Part shown: positions 26,036 to 33,003 of the stretch, piece by piece
Layout: every line of letters begins with the position of its first letter
Numbering within the stretch: position 1 is the stretch's first letter
NCBI GenBank assembly: GCA_023245035.1
Contig: JAHFLD010000003.1
Coordinates: 121,736-154,738 of the forward strand
Length of the DNA stretch: 33,003 nt
Source of the DNA: Candidatus Harrisonbacteria bacterium
GTDB lineage: Bacteria; Patescibacteriota; Minisyncoccia; UBA6257; 1-14-0-10-40-38
Reading direction: 5' to 3'
The notes under the pieces: model-generated
Told to the model about the DNA's origin: nothing
The model's database searches: none
The model's input: only the letters and a program-made list of their open reading frames with translations
Program-made: the position numbers and the translations under genes

Positions 26036-26125
26036 GGAGGGTTGGCAGAGTGGTCTAACGCGCCGCACTCGAAATGCGGTTGGGGAGAAATCCCCTCGGA
26101 GGTTCGAATCCTCCACCCTCCGCCA
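26036..26125 (+). tRNA. tRNA-Ser(CGA)
   Basis: GGAGGGT/ACCCTCC acceptor, G73, CCGCA-CTCGAAA-TGCGG, long variable arm, encoded CCA. Confidence 0.95.
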
Positions 26126-26238
26126 GGACAATTTTTTATCGGCATGATACGAGTAACTACGAGCGAGCGGTGGCTAGAGGGCTTTGCGCCTAAGATTTGT
26201 TAGAGTAATGTTTGTTAATCAATTAGGAAAAATAAACT

Positions 26239-26679
26239 ATGGCAACAATCAATCCTCACATTAATTTCAACGGCAATGCCGAAGAGGCGTTTACATTTTA
26301 CAAGTCAGTTTTTGGCGGAGAATTCGCAAAAGTTATGCGCTTCAAAGACCTTTCAAGTCCTGAATTTCCCGTAGCGGAGAAAGAGGCGAATAAAATCATG
26401 CACATTGCTTTGCCTATTGGCAAAAATAATGTATTGATGGCCAATGATGTTCCGGAGAGTATGGGACGAACAAATGAAAACGAAAACAGAAGCAAAATTG
26501 CTATCAGCGCGGAAAGCAAAGAAGAGGCGGATAGATTATTTAACGGGCTTTCAGTAAATGGCAAAATCGAAATGCCCATCGGCGACAGTCCTTGGGGTTC
26601 ATATTTTGGCATGTTTAGAGACAAGTATGGCATTGAATGGATGGTGGATTTTGATCCAAAATATAGCGGGCAGAGGTAA
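26239..26679 (+). CDS. VOC/glyoxalase-family protein (PhnB-like)
   Basis: INPHINFNGNAEEAFTFYKSVFGG, IMHIAL, PWGSYFGMFRDKYGIEWMV. Confidence 0.9.
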   Translation: MATINPHINFNGNAEEAFTFYKSVFGGEFAKVMRFKDLSSPEFPVAEKEANKIMHIALPIGKNNVLMANDVPESMGRTNENENRSKIAISAESKEEADRLFNGLSVNGKIEMPIGDSPWGSYFGMFRDKYGIEWMVDFDPKYSGQR

Positions 26680-26737
26680 CTAAACAAAGTATGAACGAAA
26701 AGAATGCCCAGAACGAAAAACGTGAAGAAATAAATTC

Positions 26738-27184
26738 ATGCAAAAAATAACAACATTCCTTTGGTTTGATGATCAGGCGGAAGAGGCAATGAATTTTTAC
26801 GCTTCAATTTTCAAAAATTCAAAGGTCACGCATGTCACTCGCGGCCCGAATGGCGCGGTATTTTGGGTGTCGGCAGATATCGCGGGACAAACATTTTACG
26901 CGCTAAACGGCGGACCGAAATTCAAATTTACCGAAGCCATTTCACTCTTTGTTACCTGCGAAGATCAGACAGAGGTAGATGACTTGTGGAGTAAGCTTGC
27001 GGCAGACGGCGGAAGCGAGAGCATGTGCGGCTGGCTCAAAGATAAGTATGGTCTCTCGTGGCAGATTATACCCAAAGCACTAAGTGAGTATTTGGCAAAA
27101 GATTCATCGGGAAAAGTAATGCAGGCGATGCTTGGCATGAAAAAAATTGACATTTCCGGACTCAAAAAAGCTTTGGAATCTTAG
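26738..27184 (+). CDS. VOC-family protein (PhnB / 3-demethylubiquinone-9 3-methyltransferase-like)
   Basis: KITTFLWFDDQAEEAMNFY, ALNGGPKFKFTEAISLFV, CGWLKDKYGLSWQI, MQAMLGMKKIDI. Confidence 0.9.
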   Translation: MQKITTFLWFDDQAEEAMNFYASIFKNSKVTHVTRGPNGAVFWVSADIAGQTFYALNGGPKFKFTEAISLFVTCEDQTEVDDLWSKLAADGGSESMCGWLKDKYGLSWQIIPKALSEYLAKDSSGKVMQAMLGMKKIDISGLKKALES

Positions 27185-27214
27185 GATGGAATTTTTCTAG
27201 TTTGCATTTTTCTT

Positions 27215-27607
27215 ATGAAAACTTTATTGATAGACGCGGTTGATGGGTTGGTCATCCCTTGTGAGGGCGGTTTTAAAATTTTTGCCGAAATGCATGACTT
27301 GCTGGAATCTTTTCCGAACCGAAAGATCGTGGTGACCAATGCCCGAAGTGATTCGTTTGCGAAATTCGGTCTGGACAAGATGCCTTATGAGGTTTTTACG
27401 CTACAGCAGAATCCGGCAAAAACTGAGGCGAAATATTTTGAAACATTACTTCAACACTTTAGGTTGAATTCGCGGGAGGCGGTCTATTTTGAGCATAATC
27501 CGGAGGCGGTACGAGCCGCTGAATCCGTTGGTATAAAATCGTATTATTATGATTCAAAAAAGAGGGATTTTGATTCGCTGAAGAGCTTTCTGGTCGAGAA
27601 TCTCTGA
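27215..27607 (+). CDS. Minimal HAD-like hydrolase
   Basis: LLIDAVD, VVTNA, PAKTEAKYF, YFEHNPEAVRAAESVGI match degenerate HAD motifs I-IV. Confidence 0.65.
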   Translation: MKTLLIDAVDGLVIPCEGGFKIFAEMHDLLESFPNRKIVVTNARSDSFAKFGLDKMPYEVFTLQQNPAKTEAKYFETLLQHFRLNSREAVYFEHNPEAVRAAESVGIKSYYYDSKKRDFDSLKSFLVENL

Positions 27608-27683
27608 TGCTCGTTTTTTCTGAGTAAAGATCTATTAATCTTGAAATCTTTGGCTTGTTGGGTGTTTGGTCGGTGGATTTTTT

Positions 27684-28091
27684 ATGAAAATTTATTCTTA
27701 CTGGGGCAAAAAAACACTTTTTTGGTTTTTGGTGGCGACATTGATATTGCTAGTCGTCTACTTCTTTTTTGGGCCGATTGGTTTTGATGGGGGTTATGCA
27801 AGATCTTTTGATTCAGAGCTTTGGAAAAGCGCGGAGGGGATTCACGATACGGATAATCCAATCCGACTTCAGATGATTGATGATTTTCTTGGTCACTACC
27901 AGCTTGTTGGTATGTCGCGTAGTGAGATTGATGCCCTCCTGGGCGTTCCTCAACCTACCGGCTATTTTAAAAATTATGATTATGTTTACTGGCTTGGTCC
28001 GGAGAGGAGCGCTTTTGGGATTGATTCTGAATGGTTGGGAATAATGTTCAGTAATAATGCCGTTGCTCAAGTTCAGATTTTAAAGGATTGA
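27684..28091 (+). CDS. Membrane-anchored hypothetical protein (SmpA/BamE-like motif)
   Basis: N-terminal TM helix; LVGMSRSEIDALLGVP...YVYWLG...LGIMF. Confidence 0.6.
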   Translation: MKIYSYWGKKTLFWFLVATLILLVVYFFFGPIGFDGGYARSFDSELWKSAEGIHDTDNPIRLQMIDDFLGHYQLVGMSRSEIDALLGVPQPTGYFKNYDYVYWLGPERSAFGIDSEWLGIMFSNNAVAQVQILKD

Positions 28092-28244
28092 TTTTGGTTT
28101 GCTTTAAATCTGGCGTAGCTCTTTTTGGATTGAAAAAATTATTACTTGGCGTTATAGTGGTCTTTGTTTTCTGAATATGTCTTTGATGTGTGCGCCTAGC
28201 TCGGACGAAATTAAAATTTGAGTTTTAATTTCACTTCTCGCTTC

Positions 28245-28315
28245 GGGCCTATAGTAAAATGGTATTACGCTTCCATGGCATGGAAGAGGTAGGAGTTCGA
28301 TTCTCCTTAGGTCCA
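28245..28315 (+). tRNA. tRNA-Ala(GGC)
   Basis: GGGCCTA/TAGGTCC with G3-U70; CTTCC-ATGGCAT-GGAAG with the A32-U38 pair known for this isoacceptor; promoter TTGAAA-N17-TATAGT at 28130-28158. Confidence 0.95.
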
Positions 28316-28322
28316 CCCCGAT

Positions 28323-28425
28323 TTGACTTTGTTTTTACTTTCTGTTAGATTGTTTTCGGTTCTTTGAAGAGAGTTTTGATTTCCGCAGGGTGCGGAGATT
28401 GCCGATTTTCTCGCTAATCAAGGAG
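28323..28425 (+). promoter_or_regulatory. sigma70 promoter, boxA-like motif and SD
   Basis: TTGACT (28323), 17-nt spacer, TAGATT with extended TG; GGTTCTTTGAAG (28358-28369); AAGGAG (28420-28425). Confidence 0.7.
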
Positions 28426-28432
28426 TTTTCCA

Positions 28433-28921
28433 ATGTTGAACGGTTTTGCTGAGCCGGATTTGAAGCCGGAGATCATTCCGGTCGGCGCGGTAAGAGTTCC
28501 CTTGACCGCGACTCTTGAATTGATGGCGGCTGGAAAGTATGACTTTGTGAGTGGGGGATTTGAACGCAGTGTCGGCATGTTGCCTCGGGTGGCGCTTGGA
28601 GGCGAGGGCGATCTTGAGGTTAAGGCGATTGGTTTTGGAAGCATCGCGTCAACCAGTCAGGCACTTCAAGCTCTGTCCACGATGAAGCTTCGCCCGTTGA
28701 ACATTCGCGAATTGCTCGCGGTCGGGGTTCATTTTCCGGATCTCCAAAAAATGTTTTTGATGGTTGCCTTGGGGACCAGGTTCTCTACGTCGATTTGCGA
28801 ACGGTTTGCGTTTTTGTGGGGCAGCTCTTCGTCGGGTTCGTCTTCGCGGTATCTGTGCCTCAACGCCACCGAGTTTAAGTGGCCGTCCTACGCGCGATTT
28901 CTTGTTGCCCCCGCAGCCTAG
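28433..28921 (+). CDS. Hypothetical protein, possible C-type-lectin-like fold
   Basis: AAGKYDFV, LRPLNIRELLA..FPDLQK..VALG, C-terminal RYLCLN....W..YARFLVA. Confidence 0.65.
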   Translation: MLNGFAEPDLKPEIIPVGAVRVPLTATLELMAAGKYDFVSGGFERSVGMLPRVALGGEGDLEVKAIGFGSIASTSQALQALSTMKLRPLNIRELLAVGVHFPDLQKMFLMVALGTRFSTSICERFAFLWGSSSSGSSSRYLCLNATEFKWPSYARFLVAPAA

Positions 28922-28938
28922 AGTTTTTTGACCCTCTT

Positions 28939-28980
28939 TCCCTTTTGGTAAGCTTTCAAGCTTACTAAAAGGGATTTTTT
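28939..28980 (+). terminator. Long-stem intrinsic terminator
   Basis: TCCCTTTTGGTAAGCT/AGCTTACTAAAAGGGA stem (one G-U) followed by T6. Confidence 0.8.
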
Positions 28981-29069
28981 ATAGGTTGAGTTGCTAATTT
29001 GCTTTACTTTTAGTCCCTGTTGTGTTAGATTTATCTGGAACCAAAAGAGACGATATTATTGTTTTTCAT

Positions 29070-29636
29070 ATGAAATCCCCGAAAAATTGGCAGGAAGAAA
29101 AAGACGAGGCGGTCCTCAAGGCGTCTGTTAACGAGCCCTCCCTTTTTAAGATTTTAGTCGATCGCTATCGCGAGGCGTTTTTGCGCAAAGCAAAGACGGT
29201 AGTGCGTAATGAGGATGCCGCCGAGGATGTGGTGCAGGAGGCGTTTGTAAAAATTTATCGGAACGCGCCGCGTTTTAAGAAACGAGAGGGGATCGAGTTT
29301 AAAAGCTGGGCTTATAAGGTGCTGATGAATACTTCTTTTACTCATTACGCCAAGTTGCAGAAAACTCGCAATGATGTGAGCTATGCCGATTTTTTGCAGT
29401 ATGGCGAGCGGGATATTGATGACGGGGAAAATTATTTGTCGCGCCAGGAAATGCGTAATTCCATAGAGACGGTCTTGGTAAAGATGCCACTGCCCTTGGC
29501 GTCGGCTTTGCGGGCCTATTATTTTGACGATAAGTCTTATAAGGATATTGCGGCCCAGCATAACATCACGCTTTCCGCCTTAAAGTTGCGTATTTTTCGG
29601 GGCAAGCGGCTTTTTAGGAAACTTTTTGAGGCTTAG
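29070..29636 (+). CDS. ECF (group 4) RNA polymerase sigma factor
   Basis: Region 2 LVDRY..AEDVVQEAFVKIY..FKSWAYKV; region 4 SYKDIA....LSALKLRIFRGKRL; ATG 29070 preferred. Confidence 0.9.
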   Translation: MKSPKNWQEEKDEAVLKASVNEPSLFKILVDRYREAFLRKAKTVVRNEDAAEDVVQEAFVKIYRNAPRFKKREGIEFKSWAYKVLMNTSFTHYAKLQKTRNDVSYADFLQYGERDIDDGENYLSRQEMRNSIETVLVKMPLPLASALRAYYFDDKSYKDIAAQHNITLSALKLRIFRGKRLFRKLFEA

Positions 29637-29671
29637 TTCGGTTCACTATCTTGTATAAACCCTATAAAACC

Positions 29672-30019
29672 ATGAAAATATCTAACACGGATCAAGGAAC
29701 TGGTCGGATTATGAAGAGAGTTTATGGCGTGTGGTTTTTGCGTCGCCTTTATCGAAATGCCGCCAAACTTGGGGTGATGTTTGTGGTGGCGCTCACGGCC
29801 GGTTTTAATGTTTCTTACGCCAGCGTCTTTGAGAATGTCGGCCGGATGCAGATTACCTTCCGTGGTATGTCTCGTTTTGCTTTAACTGCTTTCGCGCAGA
29901 CTGACGCCTTGGTACAGGTCTCGGTTTTATTGAGTGTGGTTTTAGCTTTGGCTTTTGTGTTTGACTTGGGAAATTTGGCGCGCAGATTTATCGTGGCGCG
30001 AGGCGGAACGGCTAAGTAG
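29672..30019 (+). CDS. Putative anti-sigma factor (two-TM membrane protein)
   Basis: Directly downstream of the ECF sigma; short cytoplasmic N-terminus and two hydrophobic segments. Confidence 0.5.
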   Translation: MKISNTDQGTGRIMKRVYGVWFLRRLYRNAAKLGVMFVVALTAGFNVSYASVFENVGRMQITFRGMSRFALTAFAQTDALVQVSVLLSVVLALAFVFDLGNLARRFIVARGGTAK

Positions 30020-30113
30020 AGGATCTGTTTTTTTGTAGATTGAATGATGGAGAAAATATAAGCCAAAGAGGCTTATATTTTTTTGCGCGCATAAATTATA
30101 ATTCATATAGCAT

Positions 30114-31406
30114 ATGAGAGTTCACCTTATCGGCATCGGTGGCATAGGTGTTTCCGCCTTGGCTCGTTATTTTCTTGCTTTGGGGGCGACGGTGAGCGGT
30201 TCGGATGGGCAAAAATCAGAACTTACCAAGGATCTAGAAAATGAGGGAGTTATTTTTAAGCTTGGACACACCGCCCGAGCGGTGAAGAAAAATTTTGATT
30301 TAGTGGTTTATTCGGCGGCTATTTCTGCCACTAATCCTGAGCTTGTGGCTGCTAGGCGGATGGGTTTGCGCTGTTTGAGTTATGCCGAGGCGATTGGCGA
30401 GCTGACTAAGTCTTTTTTTACGATTGCGGTTTCGGGGTCGCACGGCAAGAGCACCACAACCGCGATGCTGGCTTTGATTTTAGTCGCGGCAGGGATGGAC
30501 CCGACAGTGATCATGGGAACGAAGCTTAAGGAGTTTAATGGCAAGAATTTCAGGTTTGGCCGGAGTAAGTATCTGGTTTTAGAGGCCGACGAATATAATC
30601 GGTCTTTTCATAATTATAAGCCGCGGATCGCGGTGGTCACCAATATTGATCTTGAACATTTAGATGCCTATAAGACCCTTCGGGGTGTGGTTCGCGGATT
30701 TGCTGATTATCTTAAATTATTGCCTAAAAATGGAATTTTTATCGGGAATTACGCGGATTCTAATGTTAGAGGCGCGGCGCTTGAAGTTCCGGTCAAAAAG
30801 ATTTGGTTTAATCGGGGAAAATTAAAGCCGAGAAAACTTTTGATTCCGGGTTCGCATAACCAGTGGAATGCCGAAGCGGCGGCGGTGGCGGCTCGGGCAG
30901 TTGGAGTTCCTTTGGTGGTGATTGAAAAAACTTTAAGGGCTTTTCGGGGAAGTTGGCGGCGGATGGAAAAGATTTTAGTGACTTTGCCCGGGGTTAGAGC
31001 GGAAATTTTTTCCGATTATGCTCATCATCCGACGGAGATCAGGGCGACGCTTGAGGCTTTGCGCGAAATTAATCCTCGCCGGAAGTTGATTTGCGTTTTT
31101 CAGCCTCATCAGCAGGATCGTTTGAATCGACTTTTCCAATTTTTTGTTGACGCTTTTAGCCGGGCCGACTTGACGGTTGTTTTGCCGGTCTATGCCGTTT
31201 CGGGTCGGGAAAAATCAGCCGTAAAAACTTCACGCGATCTGGTGCTCGCTATTCGGAAAAATAATGTTTTGTACGCCGATGGTTTTGCGAAAGCGGTTGA
31301 GATGGTCGCTCCTTATTTTTCTCAAAAAAGTCGAATTGTTTTTATGGGAGCGGGGGATATTGACGCTCGGATGAGGGAGTTATTAACACCCGCCACAAAA
31401 GTATAG
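30114..31406 (+). CDS. murC: UDP-N-acetylmuramate--L-alanine ligase
   Basis: HLIGIGGIGVSALA, VSGSD, AVSGSHGKSTTT, LEADE, NIDLEHLD, DYAHHPTEI, FQPH, MGAGDI. Confidence 0.95.
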   Translation: MRVHLIGIGGIGVSALARYFLALGATVSGSDGQKSELTKDLENEGVIFKLGHTARAVKKNFDLVVYSAAISATNPELVAARRMGLRCLSYAEAIGELTKSFFTIAVSGSHGKSTTTAMLALILVAAGMDPTVIMGTKLKEFNGKNFRFGRSKYLVLEADEYNRSFHNYKPRIAVVTNIDLEHLDAYKTLRGVVRGFADYLKLLPKNGIFIGNYADSNVRGAALEVPVKKIWFNRGKLKPRKLLIPGSHNQWNAEAAAVAARAVGVPLVVIEKTLRAFRGSWRRMEKILVTLPGVRAEIFSDYAHHPTEIRATLEALREINPRRKLICVFQPHQQDRLNRLFQFFVDAFSRADLTVVLPVYAVSGREKSAVKTSRDLVLAIRKNNVLYADGFAKAVEMVAPYFSQKSRIVFMGAGDIDARMRELLTPATKV

Positions 31407-31560
31407 ATGCCATAAGGTCTTTTTGTGGTTGTTGTTTGCTAAAATCCTCTTTGTTCCGGCTTCGGCGTAGTGTAAAATTATAGAAGCGCTTGCGAGGGGA
31501 GCTAATTTCATTTTTTCCGCGGGCGCTTTTTTCTCCTACGTGCGGAGTATATCCCGTTTT

Positions 31561-33003
31561 TTGAAACGAATTTTTTTCGTATTGTTTGCGGCCAATTTTT
31601 TGTGGTTTTCTTTTGGTTTTTCTAATCTTCCCTTGGTCGCTTTGGCTTCCGGTCCACCTCAAATTTTGAGTTATCAGGGGCGGCTCACGGATTCTTCGGG
31701 GAGCTTGCTTGGCGGTTCAAGCGGTACGACTTATTATTTCAAGTTTTCGATTTGGGATAGTCCCACCGTGGGAGCCGGTAATCGCCTATGGCCATCTTCT
31801 TCGCCCAGTTCTTTTGGTTCAACCGTAACCAGCGGCGTCTTTAACGTAAACATCGGAGATACGGCTAACGGTTTCCCTCATGTCCTTGATTATAATTTTG
31901 CCAGTAACGCAAATGTCTATCTTCAGGTAGAGGCTTCTTCGGATAACAGCAGTTTTGAAACCTTGTCGCCACGTCAGCGAGTAGCCGCGGCTTCCTTTGC
32001 TGAATTGGCCGGAGCGGTGAGTGGCAGTACGACGCCGTCATCGTTTGGCACCACTTCGCCGATCGGTTTGTCGCAAGTTACTATTGAAGCGACCAGCACC
32101 AACTCAATTGGTCTTTCAATTCGCGGGGCGACGAGCCAGGCGGCTAATCTGTTCCAGATTCAGAACGCGGCGGGAACCAATCTCTTATTCGCGGATTCTG
32201 GAGGCGGCTTGTTTGCTTCTTCGACGCTACAAGTTGGCGGGGCGACCACTTTGTATGGGAGTTTGTATGTTGGAACGACCACTTCCTCGCGCGTTTTCGG
32301 TGTGCAGGGCAATGGTATTTTTTCTGGGACCTTGACCGTGGCTAATTTTATCGCGACAGGTACTACGCAGCTCAACGGTTTGGCTTACACCTGGCCTTCT
32401 TCACAATCAGCATCGACTTGTTTAACCAATGACGGTTCGGGTGGTTTGACTTGGGGCGCTTGTGGCGGATCAGGATCGCAGACCCCTTGGTTGTCCAATA
32501 TCAGCGCGGCCGGCTTCAGCCTTTCCAATGTAACCAACATTACCGCGACTGGAAGCTTGTTAGTTGCGAACGCGACTTCCACCATCACTAATCTGACGAC
32601 GGTCAACGCCACTTCAACTTCAGCCACCACAACCGCTCTATACGTCTCCGGAAGCATCTTGTCCGGCGGCGCCAGCAACACGATCTTGGGCACGCTCTAC
32701 GGCTCAACCTTCAATCCGCAGACCTTGACCTCGACTGGGAGTGTCAACGCCTCGGGCACCTTGGCCGTCTCGGGACTGGCCTCGCTCTACTCGGGCTTTA
32801 TATCCTCGGCCTCCTCGAGCGTCTCCTCGAACCTGAACGTCTCGGGGGCGCTCAATGCCTCCTCAACTCTGGCCGTAGGCGGACTTGCGACCTTGACCGG
32901 TCTGCAGTCAACCGCCTCGAGCACGCTGCTCAATGTCAGCAACTTTACCGCGACCAACGGCACCACGACCTCGGCCACCTCGACCTCCTTGTATGTTTCG
33001 GGC
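31561..33003 (+). CDS. Large secreted Ser/Thr-rich surface protein, runs off the window (not in ORF track)
   Basis: Frame open from the TAG at 31468-31470 to the window end; TTG 31561 (or GTG 31540) gives signal peptide MKRIFFVLFAANFLWFSFGF...ALA then PQILSYQGRLTDSSG...ETLSPRQRV and NATST-type repeats. Confidence 0.85.
   Translation, partial: MKRIFFVLFAANFLWFSFGFSNLPLVALASGPPQILSYQGRLTDSSGSLLGGSSGTTYYFKFSIWDSPTVGAGNRLWPSSSPSSFGSTVTSGVFNVNIGDTANGFPHVLDYNFASNANVYLQVEASSDNSSFETLSPRQRVAAASFAELAGAVSGSTTPSSFGTTSPIGLSQVTIEATSTNSIGLSIRGATSQAANLFQIQNAAGTNLLFADSGGGLFASSTLQVGGATTLYGSLYVGTTTSSRVFGVQGNGIFSGTLTVANFIATGTTQLNGLAYTWPSSQSASTCLTNDGSGGLTWGACGGSGSQTPWLSNISAAGFSLSNVTNITATGSLLVANATSTITNLTTVNATSTSATTTALYVSGSILSGGASNTILGTLYGSTFNPQTLTSTGSVNASGTLAVSGLASLYSGFISSASSSVSSNLNVSGALNASSTLAVGGLATLTGLQSTASSTLLNVSNFTATNGTTTSATSTSLYVSG

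Noticed and set aside
32021-32978. Short ORFs listed near the window end
   Set aside because: Off-frame or antisense to the unterminated large surface-protein ORF starting near 31561.
1-33003. CRISPR array, integrase, transposase, reverse transcriptase or prophage
   Set aside because: No regularly spaced direct repeats and no ORF with the corresponding motifs were seen.
1-33003. TGA recoding (genetic code 25)
   Set aside because: Long conserved genes are uninterrupted under code 11 and several end at TGA at the expected length (methyltransferase, HAD, tatD).

Overview
Chromosomal window of a bacterium using genetic code 11. Gene content and style suggest CPR/Patescibacteria, probably Parcubacteria (inference from single-subunit GlyRS, short RecO, a DUF4012 plus GT4 pair, mostly CCA-less tRNA genes, a 'SYQGRL' giant surface protein and scarce Shine-Dalgarno sites). 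The housekeeping backbone is the topA 3' end, a Rel/SpoT homolog, parB, an RluA-family synthase, rplS, dcd, recO, glyQS, an M16 peptidase, metG, tatD, leuS, htrA, an ECF sigma with a putative anti-sigma, and murC. There are 7 intact tRNA genes and small accessory blocks next to tRNAs. No integrase, transposase, reverse transcriptase or CRISPR array was seen. Two non-coding patterns stand out. (1) A shared structured element follows both tRNA-Val(GAC) and tRNA-Arg(CCT); each copy starts with a perfect antisense copy of its own tRNA's T-arm, and the Arg copy ends in a duplicated tRNA 3' end with CCA. A related 3'-half duplication lies at tRNA-Ala(TGC). (2) Five scattered accessory genes share the layout sigma70-type promoter, boxA-like GYTCTTTR motif, SD, ORF and intrinsic terminator, whereas many backbone genes look leaderless. 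All calls come from reading the sequence; no database searches were run.
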